Assembly (NCBI GenBank): GCA_045533835.1
Contig: JAZSIM010000014.1
Span: forward strand, 20,874 to 84,873
DNA: 64,000 bases
From: Acutalibacteraceae bacterium
Lineage (GTDB): Bacteria; Bacillota; Clostridia; Oscillospirales; Acutalibacteraceae
Direction of reading: 5' to 3'
The translations under genes were made by a program, and so were the position numbers. Shown in pieces: positions 25,591-34,080 of this stretch; the stretch's first letter is position 1; every line of letters begins with the position of its first letter. The notes under the pieces were generated by a model that made no database searches, was not told the origin of the DNA, and was given only the letters and a program-made list of their open reading frames with translations.

Positions 25591-26832
25591 TTACATTCTC
25601 CTTAATTTCTCAAGAATTATTTCTGCGGTTTCCTCTGCGTTTTCACTTACGTCAACCGAAAAATCAGAGAAATCCTCATAAAGGGGAGCTCTTTTTTTAC
25701 AAAGCTCTGCCATATTATTTTTTTGTGATATGGGTCTGCCGTCAATGGGCAGAAGGGAAAGATCCCTTTTCAGCCATATTACCGCGGAATTCTGCTTTAC
25801 TGAGTAGCGGTTTTCTTTTCTTGTAATAATACCGCCGCCCGTAGCAATAACGGCACCCGACATTTTTCCTGCTTCGGTTATCGCTTCTGTTTCAATTTCT
25901 CTGAATCTGTCCTCTCCGTAAAGAGAGAATATTCCGGGAATGGGCATACCCGCCTTTTCTGTGATAATGTCATCAGTATCAATAAATTTTCTTCCGAGCT
26001 TTTTTGCAAGAATTTTGCCGATTGTGGTTTTTCCTGCACCGGGCATTCCGATAAGCACAATATTTTTCGTTTTATTCTCAATTGCACTTATTATTTTTTC
26101 AATTTCACCGTCGGGGATGTGCTCACCCGTAAAAAGCTCAGCCGCTCTTTTTCCCTGAGCCACAAGCATTGAAAGTCCGTTTATGTAAGGTATACCGAGG
26201 CTTTTTGCATCGTATAAAAGCCGTGTCTGAGCAGGATTATATATTAAATCAAGCACTCCTGAGAGCTTCGGAAAAGCCTTCAGGTCTACCGGGCTTTTTC
26301 CCGTATCGGGGTACATTCCCACGGGGGTTGTATTTACAATAACGTCCGTGTCGGAATGCCTTTCTATGTTATCGTAATTGTCCTCTCCGCTTCTCGAGAT
26401 AACAACGATTTCCCTTGCCTTCATATCGGCAAGCACCGCTTTTACTGTAACCGATGCCCCTCCCGAGCCGAGAATAAGCACCTTTTTATCCGTAATCTCA
26501 ATTCCGCTTTTCTTCAGCATATAAGAAAAGCCGTAATAGTCGGTATTGTAGCCGTAAAGACCGTCCGCTTTTTTTATAATCGTGTTGACCGAGCCTATCC
26601 TTTTTGCTTCATCGGAAATATATCCGAGATACGGCATTACGGTTTTTTTATAGGGGATTGTTACATTCAGGGCATCAAGAGGACAGCGTTCAAGAAAAGC
26701 CGCCACCTCATTTTCTTCCATTTCATAAAGCTTATATTCGTAATCTGCAAGAAAGGAGTGGATTTCAGGTGAGAAGCTGTGCCCGAGTCTGCGTCCTATA
26801 AGCCCTGCTCTTAAATTTTCACAATGTATCAT
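25591..26832 (-). CDS. aroE: Shikimate dehydrogenase / shikimate kinase fusion
   Basis: N-terminal LIGRRLGHSFSPEIHS (AroE) and C-terminal NIVLIGMPGAGKTTIGKILAKKLGRKFIDTD (AroK Walker A). The start MIHCEN at 26832 lies 1 nt after the aroC stop. Confidence 0.9.
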   Translation of the reverse strand: MIHCENLRAGLIGRRLGHSFSPEIHSFLADYEYKLYEMEENEVAAFLERCPLDALNVTIPYKKTVMPYLGYISDEAKRIGSVNTIIKKADGLYGYNTDYYGFSYMLKKSGIEITDKKVLILGSGGASVTVKAVLADMKAREIVVISRSGEDNYDNIERHSDTDVIVNTTPVGMYPDTGKSPVDLKAFPKLSGVLDLIYNPAQTRLLYDAKSLGIPYINGLSMLVAQGKRAAELFTGEHIPDGEIEKIISAIENKTKNIVLIGMPGAGKTTIGKILAKKLGRKFIDTDDIITEKAGMPIPGIFSLYGEDRFREIETEAITEAGKMSGAVIATGGGIITRKENRYSVKQNSAVIWLKRDLSLLPIDGRPISQKNNMAELCKKRAPLYEDFSDFSVDVSENAEETAEIILEKLRRM

Positions 26833-26833
26833 A

Positions 26834-28177
26834 TTAGCCGACACTTTCTTCGTCCGTTTCTGCGGACTGATATTTTTTTGAAAGAGCAAGAATTTCCTTG
26901 TAAAGCTCCTCGGTATAGCCGGAGAATTCATCCTTTGAAAGCGCCTTTACTCTTCCGAGAAGCTCATTTTCTCTTTCGGGTACGTACACGGGAAGCCCGT
27001 TTTCCTTTTTATAGCGTGCAATATCTTCCGATACCGCCATTCTTTCACAGAAAAGACGCACGATTTCCTTGTCTATTGCATCAATTTTCTCTCTTGATGC
27101 CTCAAGGGAAACGCTTTTTCCGTCAAGCAGCATATCAAGCACCGCCAGCGCTGCCGATGACTCAATTACGGGTACGGCTCTCGGTACAATACACGGGTCA
27201 TGTCTTCCTTTTACCGTGTATTTGATGTTTTCCTTTGTTTCAAGGTTTACGGTATCCTGCTCCTTCCCTATGGAGGGAGTGGGCTTCAGGGCACACCTGA
27301 AAACCAGGGGCATACCGTTTGTCATTCCGCCGAGAATACCGCCGCAGTTGTTGGTGTATGTTTTTACTGTATCACCGTCAAAATAAAAGCTGTCATTATT
27401 TTCAGAACCGAGAAGCTCTGCACACCTGAAGCCGTTTCCGAATTCAATGGCCTTTACCCCGGGTACGGAGAATACAGCGGATGAAATTCTGCCCTCGGCA
27501 CCTGCAAAAAGATGCTCGCCAAGACCGACGGAAAGCCCCGTTACGACACATTCAATAACACCGCCTACGGAATCAAGCTGTTCCTTAGCCTTTTTTATGA
27601 CAGCCTTCATTTCTTCCCCTGCTGTTTCGTTAATTACGGGGAAGCCGTCAGCAATCCCTTCGTTGCAGTCCGCGGAGAATGGCTTGTCCTTAACACCGCC
27701 GACCGAATATATATGAGCCTTGATTTCAATGCCCTTTTCCCTTAAATACTGAATAGCAAGCGCGCCTGCAACGCAGGTAAGAGCGGTAAGCCTGCCCGAA
27801 AAATGTCCTCCGCCTCTCAGGTCAACAGAGCTTCCGTATTTTACAATTGCAGGGAAATCCGCGTGTGAGGGACGGGGAATTATACCTGCATCGCCGTAGT
27901 CCCCCGAGTGCTGATTCGTGTTATAAATAACGGCTGTTATCCTGCCGCCCGTGGTAGCTCCGTTTTCAACGCCTGACAAAAAAACGGGCTTGTCCGCTTC
28001 CTTTCTTTTGGTGGACCATTCATTCTGTCCCGGGGCGCGTCTTTTCATAAATGCAGAAAGAAGCTCCTCATCAATACGAAGTCCTGCGGGGAAGCCCTCA
28101 AGTGTCATTGTCAGCCTTTCGCCGTGGCTTTCGCCGTCAATATAAAGCTTTATGTTGTTTCCGTAGGGAAAGCTCAT
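26834..28177 (-). CDS. aroC: Chorismate synthase fused to a C-terminal AroQ-class chorismate mutase domain
   Basis: The AroC body runs MSFPYGNNIKLYIDGESHGERL...GRHDPCIVPRAVPV. It is followed by REKIDAIDKEIVRLFCERMAVSEDIARYKKENGLPVYVPERENELL (CM_2-like). Confidence 0.88.
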   Translation of the reverse strand: MSFPYGNNIKLYIDGESHGERLTMTLEGFPAGLRIDEELLSAFMKRRAPGQNEWSTKRKEADKPVFLSGVENGATTGGRITAVIYNTNQHSGDYGDAGIIPRPSHADFPAIVKYGSSVDLRGGGHFSGRLTALTCVAGALAIQYLREKGIEIKAHIYSVGGVKDKPFSADCNEGIADGFPVINETAGEEMKAVIKKAKEQLDSVGGVIECVVTGLSVGLGEHLFAGAEGRISSAVFSVPGVKAIEFGNGFRCAELLGSENNDSFYFDGDTVKTYTNNCGGILGGMTNGMPLVFRCALKPTPSIGKEQDTVNLETKENIKYTVKGRHDPCIVPRAVPVIESSAALAVLDMLLDGKSVSLEASREKIDAIDKEIVRLFCERMAVSEDIARYKKENGLPVYVPERENELLGRVKALSKDEFSGYTEELYKEILALSKKYQSAETDEESVG

Positions 28178-28181
28178 CTTT

Positions 28182-29405
28182 TCACCTTATTTCATCCCAG
28201 AAAAGGGGATAGGATTTTTTTACAGCCCCGGCACCGCTTATCGTTACCGTACCGCTTGTTGAAAATGCAGCCGCAGCCGCACTCATTGCAATTCTGTGGT
28301 CGTTGCAGGAATCAACCTCACCGCCCGTAAGGGGGGAGCCTTCAATAATTATACTGTCATCACGGACGGCAATTTTTCCGCCGAGGTTCTTTATCATATT
28401 ATAAACCGCTTCAATTCTGTCGCTTTCCTTGAAGCGAAGCCTTCCGCAGTTTATAATTTCCGTCTGACCTTTGGCATTTGCCGCAACAACCGACAAAACG
28501 GGTACAAGGTCGGGTATGTCCGCAGCATCAACCGTAATTCCGTGAAGCACGGAGGGGTAAGCAGTTATGCCGTTTTCTGTTATTTCAATATCTGCACCGA
28601 AACCGCGAAGCACGGTAAGGATTTTTTTATCCCCCTGAACGGAGTCTGTTTCAAGCCCCGTAAGTGTGATTGCTTTTCTGCCGATAGCACCTGCAGAAAG
28701 GAAAAATGCGGCATTTGACCAATCTCCACCGGCTTTTATTTCTCCCGGAGAGATAAGGGGAACAGTTTTTGGCACCGTGATTATGTTTTCCGAAAAGCTG
28801 ACATAGCAGCCGAATTTTTTCAGTGCATCAATTGTCATTTCAATATAAGGCAGGCTTTCGGTCTTACCGGTTATTTCAATTCTGCCGCCCGTTTTTGTCA
28901 GCATAAATATAAGGCCCGAAATAAACTGCGAGGATACGTTGCCTGCTATTGAAAAATCGGTTTTTTTGCATCTGCCCGAAACCTTTATACGGCTGTCCTC
29001 TTTTTCTATGGTGACTCCTGCCCCTTCAAGCTCCTCCTTTAAGGGGGAAAGAGGTCTGTCGCCCAGGCGCCCCTCTGTAACAAATACTGCAGATTTGCCG
29101 TAAAGAGATGAAAGGGGCAGTAAAAAGCGGAGCGTTGAGCCCGATTCCTTAGGATGCAGCACGGGATTTTCAGGTACGTCCGCGATGGGCTTTACCGTAA
29201 AGATACCGTCTGAAAAGGAAATTTCCGCACCGAGGGACTTAAGACAGTTAACCGTTGCTTCAATATCCTCATTTGTTCCGTCGCAGTGTACTTTTGTCAT
29301 TTTGTCGGAAAGAGCCGCACATATAAGAAGACGGTGCACCTCTGATTTTGAAGCAGGTATTTTTATGATGTCCTCCGTTTTCGGAGAAAAAAGCGTTTTT
29401 ACCAT
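28182..29405 (-). CDS. aroA: 3-phosphoshikimate 1-carboxyvinyltransferase (EPSP synthase)
   Basis: KIPASKSEVHRLLICAAL..., LRFKESDR. The start MVKTLF at 29405 lies 1 nt after the aroB stop. Confidence 0.9.
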   Translation of the reverse strand: MVKTLFSPKTEDIIKIPASKSEVHRLLICAALSDKMTKVHCDGTNEDIEATVNCLKSLGAEISFSDGIFTVKPIADVPENPVLHPKESGSTLRFLLPLSSLYGKSAVFVTEGRLGDRPLSPLKEELEGAGVTIEKEDSRIKVSGRCKKTDFSIAGNVSSQFISGLIFMLTKTGGRIEITGKTESLPYIEMTIDALKKFGCYVSFSENIITVPKTVPLISPGEIKAGGDWSNAAFFLSAGAIGRKAITLTGLETDSVQGDKKILTVLRGFGADIEITENGITAYPSVLHGITVDAADIPDLVPVLSVVAANAKGQTEIINCGRLRFKESDRIEAVYNMIKNLGGKIAVRDDSIIIEGSPLTGGEVDSCNDHRIAMSAAAAAFSTSGTVTISGAGAVKKSYPLFWDEIR

Positions 29406-29406
29406 A

Positions 29407-30453
29407 TCAGAAGCCCTCCGCAAGAAAACCGGCAAGCTCTGCTACGGGAGTCGGCTTAAGTATACAGCTGCCCGCATACCGGGGGATTACAAGAGTGATT
29501 TCTTCACCCCGGCGTTTTTTGTCGGAAAGGGCAGCTCGTGCTAGCTCCCCGGGAGTAAAAACGGGTACTGACGGCAGGGAAAACTTATCAAGAAGAGAAA
29601 GAAGAGCTCCGAGAGCCGCTTCTTCGCAAAGCCCCTTTTTTATTGCCGCCCTTGTCATAATAACCATACCTATTGCCACCGCGGAGCCGTGGGAAACCGT
29701 ATATTCCGAAAGCACCTCAATGCCGTGGGCAGGTGTATGTCCGAAATTCAGAAGCTGTCTTATTCCGTTATCTCTTTCGTCAACGGCAACAATATCACGC
29801 TTTGCCGTTACGGAGATTTCAATAATTTCATTTATATCATAATCCCCCGAAAGCAGCTCTAAAAGCACGGGGGTGTTTATCATTCCGTATTTTATGATCT
29901 CAGCCATACCGTCATTGAAGATTTTTTCAGGCAGCGTAGACAGCGTGTCGGGGTCAATAATCACAAGTGACGGCTGATAAAAGGCTCCTGCAAGATTTTT
30001 ACCGTTTTTAAGATCAACGGCAGTTTTTCCGCCGACTGAGGAATCTGTCATGGAGAGAAGGGTAGTCGGGATGTTTACATATTTTATTCCTCTTAAAAAC
30101 GTAGCGGCGGCAAAGCCCGTAAGATCGCCCGTCACACCGCCCCCGAGGGCTATGAGAATATCTGAACGGGTTACGTGCTTTTCTGCAAGGAATTCCCATA
30201 AGGACACGAGCGTATCTGTGCATTTTCTGTCTTCGCCTGCTTCAAAAACAAAGGAAATGACGCTGAAGCCCTCCTTTTTCAGCGTAGCTTCAAGCACATT
30301 GCCGTAAAGCGGGAATACGTTTGAATCTGAAACGATTACCGCAGTATTTCCCTTTGAAATATCTCTTATGAGCCTTCCCGATTCTCCGAGAAGACCGTTG
30401 CCTATCAGGACATCATAACCTGCAGATGCCTCAATGTGTACCTTTTTCATCAT
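29407..30453 (-). CDS. aroB: 3-dehydroquinate synthase
   Basis: ALGGGVTGDLTGFAAATFLRGIKYVNIPTTLLSMTDSSVGGKTAV. Confidence 0.9.
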   Translation of the reverse strand: MMKKVHIEASAGYDVLIGNGLLGESGRLIRDISKGNTAVIVSDSNVFPLYGNVLEATLKKEGFSVISFVFEAGEDRKCTDTLVSLWEFLAEKHVTRSDILIALGGGVTGDLTGFAAATFLRGIKYVNIPTTLLSMTDSSVGGKTAVDLKNGKNLAGAFYQPSLVIIDPDTLSTLPEKIFNDGMAEIIKYGMINTPVLLELLSGDYDINEIIEISVTAKRDIVAVDERDNGIRQLLNFGHTPAHGIEVLSEYTVSHGSAVAIGMVIMTRAAIKKGLCEEAALGALLSLLDKFSLPSVPVFTPGELARAALSDKKRRGEEITLVIPRYAGSCILKPTPVAELAGFLAEGF

Positions 30454-31302
30454 TTATCCCTTCTTCTGTGAGCTTCCGTCTATCTGCTCCTTCATAAGCC
30501 TTCCGTCCCTGAGAAGCTTACAAAGCGTATCGCTGTCATTATTTTCGAGGGCGCTTTTGTATTCGCCCAGAGAGCTTATTATGAAGTTAAGCTCTCTTAT
30601 AAGATTATCGGAGTTTTCAGTAAAAAGCTCTGTCCACATATTTTCGTTGAGCCACGCAACTCTTGTCATATCCTTGTATGAGCCTGCCGAGAAGCCTCCG
30701 TGATTTTTTGCCGTTTCACTTTTTATATATGCGTTTGAAACGATGTGAGCAAGCTGTGAAGTAAAGGCTATCATTTCATCGTGCTTTTCGGCGGTTGTCA
30801 CGGAGATACTTCCGAAGCCCATAGGGGAGATTATATTTTTTATATTTTCAAGCAGTCCTATATCATCAAACACCGGGGGAACAATTACCATAGGTGCGCC
30901 CCTGAAGAGATCCTTTCTCGAATACTTTATGCCCGAAAACTGCGTGCCTGCCATAGGATGGGCACCCACAAAGTTAAAGCCGTATTCCTCTGCCAGGCTG
31001 AAGCCCGTTTTGCAGATTTCTCTTTTTGTACCGCAAAGGTCAAGCACAAAGGCATCCTTTTTTATGAACGGTGCATTTTCCTTCAGATATTCCTCTGCCG
31101 CTTTCGGGTACAGGGCAATAAATATCACGTCACAGGAGCTTACGGCTTCTGAAGTCAGCTCCCCGTCAATTATTCCCGACAGCATTGCATATCCGAGCGT
31201 GCCCTTATCCGTATCCCTGCCGAGCACCCTGCAGTCGGCAGCCTTATATGCACGGGCAGCCGAGCCGCCTATAAGTCCTAAGCCTACAACACCGACAGTC
31301 AT
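30454..31302 (-). CDS. tyrA: Prephenate dehydrogenase
   Basis: MTVGVVGLGLIGGSAARAYK...GAHPMAG. The start shares one base with the upstream stop (TAATG). Confidence 0.85.
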   Translation of the reverse strand: MTVGVVGLGLIGGSAARAYKAADCRVLGRDTDKGTLGYAMLSGIIDGELTSEAVSSCDVIFIALYPKAAEEYLKENAPFIKKDAFVLDLCGTKREICKTGFSLAEEYGFNFVGAHPMAGTQFSGIKYSRKDLFRGAPMVIVPPVFDDIGLLENIKNIISPMGFGSISVTTAEKHDEMIAFTSQLAHIVSNAYIKSETAKNHGGFSAGSYKDMTRVAWLNENMWTELFTENSDNLIRELNFIISSLGEYKSALENNDSDTLCKLLRDGRLMKEQIDGSSQKKG

Positions 31303-32315
31303 TATAATGCCTCCCTTAATGCGCTTCTTACAACGCTTACGGATTTCATCATATCTGAAAACTGCTCGGGTGTCAGTGACTGAGCTCCGTCACACAGAGC
31401 GTGTATGGGGTCAGAATGCACCTCTGTCATAAGTCCGTCCGCGCCTGCTGCAACAGCTGCCAATGCCATGCTTTTTACATATTTTGAGGAGCCCGTTGCG
31501 TGGGAGGGGTCAATAATAACGGGTAAGTGCGTCAGCTCCTTAAGAACGGGAACGGCAGATAAGTCCAGACAGTTTCTGGTGTATTGGCTGTCAAAGGTCC
31601 TTATTCCTCTTTCGCAGAGCATTACGTTTTCATTTCCGCCAGCCATAATGTATTCTGCAGACATAAGCCATTCTTTTATTGTACTCGAAAGTCCGCGTTT
31701 TAGCAAGATAGGTTTGTCGGTTTTTCCCAGTTCTTTTAACAGTTCAAAGTTCTGCATATTCCGTGCGCCTACCTGAATCACGTCAACATCCTGGAAAAGG
31801 GGAAGGTGGTGTGCATCCATAATTTCCGTAACTATCGGCAGTCCCGTTTCCTTTTTTGCCTTCAGAAGAAGCTCTATACCCTCGGCTTTCAGCCCCTGAA
31901 AATCATAAGGAGAGGTTCTGGGCTTGAAGGCTCCGCCTCTGAGCATATTACAGCCCGCCGTTTTTACGGCTCTTGCAATCCCCGTCAGCTGATCCTCGGA
32001 TTCAACGGAGCAGGGGCCTGCAATAACTGCAAAATTACCGCCGCCCACCATTACACCGCTGCAGTTGATTATACTGTCATCGGGATGAAATTTTCTGTTT
32101 GCGCTTTTGAAGGGGTCGGAAACGCGTCTTACCGCCTCAACAATGCTGAGGCTTCCGATAAGGTCTGCATCAAGCCTTGTGGTGTCACCTATAAGACCGA
32201 CAACCGTCTGGAATTCGCCCTTTGAAATGTGAACGTCAAGTCCGAAGCCTCTGAGCCATTCCGTAAAATTGCCGAGCTGCTCCTGTGTTGTTCCCTGTTT
32301 TAATACTGCAATCAT
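31302..32315 (-). CDS. aroF: 3-deoxy-7-phosphoheptulonate (DAHP) synthase, type I-beta, with an N-terminal ferredoxin-like regulatory domain
   Basis: MIAVLKQGTTQEQLGNFTEWLRGFGLDVHISKGEFQTVVGLIGD is followed by a KDO8PS/DAHPS-like barrel (IAGPCSVES, LRGGAFKPRTSPY). The RBS GGTGAGGT lies upstream. Confidence 0.9.
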   Translation of the reverse strand: MIAVLKQGTTQEQLGNFTEWLRGFGLDVHISKGEFQTVVGLIGDTTRLDADLIGSLSIVEAVRRVSDPFKSANRKFHPDDSIINCSGVMVGGGNFAVIAGPCSVESEDQLTGIARAVKTAGCNMLRGGAFKPRTSPYDFQGLKAEGIELLLKAKKETGLPIVTEIMDAHHLPLFQDVDVIQVGARNMQNFELLKELGKTDKPILLKRGLSSTIKEWLMSAEYIMAGGNENVMLCERGIRTFDSQYTRNCLDLSAVPVLKELTHLPVIIDPSHATGSSKYVKSMALAAVAAGADGLMTEVHSDPIHALCDGAQSLTPEQFSDMMKSVSVVRSALREAL

Positions 32316-32346
32316 TTTTATTACCTCACCTTTAAGATATTCTGCG

Positions 32347-32382
32347 AAAAAAATTAAATGCACCCGATTTTCACCGGGTGCA
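32347..32382 (-). terminator. Leader (attenuator) terminator upstream of aroF
   Basis: The minus-strand RNA reads UGCACCCG-GUGAAAAU-CGGGUGCA followed by UUUAAUUUUUUU. It ends about 30 nt before the aroF ATG. Confidence 0.6.
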
Positions 32383-32429
32383 CTGAAATAACCTTTATAC
32401 GTTACTTTGATTTGCAGACAGCGAAAATC

Positions 32430-32489
32430 TTACCTTTTTTCTTCTGAAAAAAAGTAATAATAATATGCTGCTGCAAAAAGCTTGGTCAT
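32430..32489 (-). CDS. Leader peptide MTKLFAAAYYYYFFSEEKR (19 aa), attenuation-type
   Basis: ATG at 32489 and TAA at 32432..32430. GGAAGGA lies 9 nt upstream. It contains four consecutive Tyr codons and two Phe codons. It sits between the promoter and the leader terminator of the aro/tyrA operon. Confidence 0.55.
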   Translation of the reverse strand: MTKLFAAAYYYYFFSEEKR

Positions 32490-32522
32490 AAAACTTAATC
32501 CTTCCGTTTGCTTGTTGAGGTC

Positions 32523-32551
32523 AGTTTAACACTTTATATCATTAAAGTCAA
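32523..32551 (-). promoter_or_regulatory. SigmaA-type promoter candidate of the aro operon
   Basis: On the minus strand: TTGACT, 17 nt, then TAAACT. Confidence 0.55.
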
Positions 32552-32655
32552 TACTTTTTTTCAGTTTAAGAAAAAATATCAAAAATGTAATCAATGTTGA
32601 TATTTTTTTTGCAGATGTTAAAATAAACATACAATAAAGAAAGGCGGTGTTTTTT

Positions 32656-32901
32656 ATGTATGAAATAATAAATACTCTTTTTTGTGCAATACCGATTTTA
32701 GTCATTGTAGTATTCGTTGTTCTTCTGTTTGTTTACAGAAAGAGAAAGAAGGAAGCACCGGAAGCGGCTTCCTGTAAGAATTCAGCAGAGCTTAATTCAC
32801 TGAAAACCGCAATAAAGGTGTTCGGTATACTTTCCGCTGTGTTTGCGGGTGTTGTCGTAATCCTCGGTGTGTTGTTCTGTATGTTTGTGGCATATATGTG
32901 A
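32656..32901 (+). CDS. Small two-TM membrane protein, hypothetical
   Basis: MYEIINTLFCAIPILVIVVFVVLLFVYRKRKK...VFGILSAVFAGVVVILGVLFCMFVAYM. The start could also be the GTG at 32647. Confidence 0.45.
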   Translation: MYEIINTLFCAIPILVIVVFVVLLFVYRKRKKEAPEAASCKNSAELNSLKTAIKVFGILSAVFAGVVVILGVLFCMFVAYM

Positions 32902-32911
32902 GGGAAAGATA

Positions 32912-33052
32912 ATGAGAGAGAAATATTTCAGATTCCTTCTGATTCTTGTTCTTGTGCTTTGCATTACCGTTACCGTAGTACACGTTGCCTACGACGTATA
33001 TGCTTACGGCCATTGCTCAATAATACAGTTTATTGCAAAGGAGCTGTGGTAG
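32912..33052 (+). CDS. Small single-TM protein, hypothetical (46 aa)
   Basis: MREKYFRFLLILVLVLCITVTVVHVAY... follows GAGGGAAAG. The stop lies 1 nt before the next ATG. Confidence 0.35.
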   Translation: MREKYFRFLLILVLVLCITVTVVHVAYDVYAYGHCSIIQFIAKELW

Positions 33053-33053
33053 A

Positions 33054-34040
33054 ATGAAGCTTTTAAAACAGCTGTCGGTGCTTCTCGGTATTATTCTGCT
33101 TTTTACTCTGTTCAACGTGGCTGTATACTTTTCGGTTACTGTACGTCTTTCAAATAATTTCAGCGATGCAACTCAGGCGAAAATGATTGACGTCGGTGAA
33201 TTTCTTCCTTTTAGGGAGGAGTCCGACCTTGCACGTACGGAAACGGACTTTACTCTTGAAGGGGAGCTTCCCGTGCTTGATGGTGCGGCGGCGCTTGTTC
33301 CGGTATATGCCTCTGTGATTAATGCGGTTTATCCCGAGTCCTCTGTAACGTATATCGGCGGTGAGTTCTGTGATGATAATTTTTACGGTGAGAATTTTGC
33401 TCCGGACAGTAAAATGCAGTATAAGAATACCGTAAGGGGATATACCGCTGTTGTTGACGGAGATACGGATATTCTTTTCTGTGCCGCTCCTTCTGCGGAG
33501 CAGAAAAAGTATGCGGAGGATAAGGGTGTTGAACTTGAATATGTCCCCGTAGGACTTGAAGCCTTCGTTTTCTTTGTCAATAAGAATAATCCCGTTGAGA
33601 ATCTTACTGCAGAGCAGATAAGGGATATTTACGGCGGTACTTATAAAAACTGGAAGGATGTTGGCGGTGCCAACCGTGTAATCAATCCCGTAACACGTAT
33701 GGAGGGAAGCGGAAGCCAGTCCGCAATGAATTCCTTTATGGGAGACAGAAAAATTGCCCTGAAATCTCCGCTGTCAATAACCGGTGCTTCAATAGGCTTT
33801 TCCTTCAGATACTATATGGATGGTATCGTAGATAACGGTGAGGTTAAAATGCTGTCATTGAACGGCGTTTATCCGTCAGCGGAAAATATCAGAAACGGTA
33901 CTTATCCCGTAATTGCAGAATTTTATGCAATTTACCGTAAGGATAACGAAAACGAAAACATTAAAAAGCTCATAGACTGGATTCTTTCAGATGAGGGACA
34001 GTCCCTTATTGAGGAAAGCGGCTATGTGAGAATTAAATAA
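33054..34040 (+). CDS. PstS-family (PBP_like_2) substrate-binding domain protein with an N-terminal TM anchor
   Basis: NLTAEQIRDIYGGTYKNWKDVGGANRVINPVTRMEGSGSQSAMNSF is a PstS-like signature. Confidence 0.7.
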   Translation: MKLLKQLSVLLGIILLFTLFNVAVYFSVTVRLSNNFSDATQAKMIDVGEFLPFREESDLARTETDFTLEGELPVLDGAAALVPVYASVINAVYPESSVTYIGGEFCDDNFYGENFAPDSKMQYKNTVRGYTAVVDGDTDILFCAAPSAEQKKYAEDKGVELEYVPVGLEAFVFFVNKNNPVENLTAEQIRDIYGGTYKNWKDVGGANRVINPVTRMEGSGSQSAMNSFMGDRKIALKSPLSITGASIGFSFRYYMDGIVDNGEVKMLSLNGVYPSAENIRNGTYPVIAEFYAIYRKDNENENIKKLIDWILSDEGQSLIEESGYVRIK

Positions 34041-34045
34041 AAAGA

Positions 34046-34075
34046 TACCGCAGTCTGTGAAAAGAGGCTGCGGTA
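34046..34075. terminator. Hairpin between convergent genes
   Basis: TACCGCAG-14 nt-CTGCGGTA, with only weak T runs. Confidence 0.4.
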
Positions 34076-34080
34076 AAGTT

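Noticed and set aside
32316-32551. A T-box riboswitch might sit upstream of the aro operon, as is usual in Firmicutes.
   Set aside because: The leader is only about 200 nt. I found no T-box consensus (AAnnnGGGTGGTACCGCG-like) and no specifier-loop architecture. A translatable Tyr/Phe-rich leader ORF with mutually exclusive pairings explains the region better.
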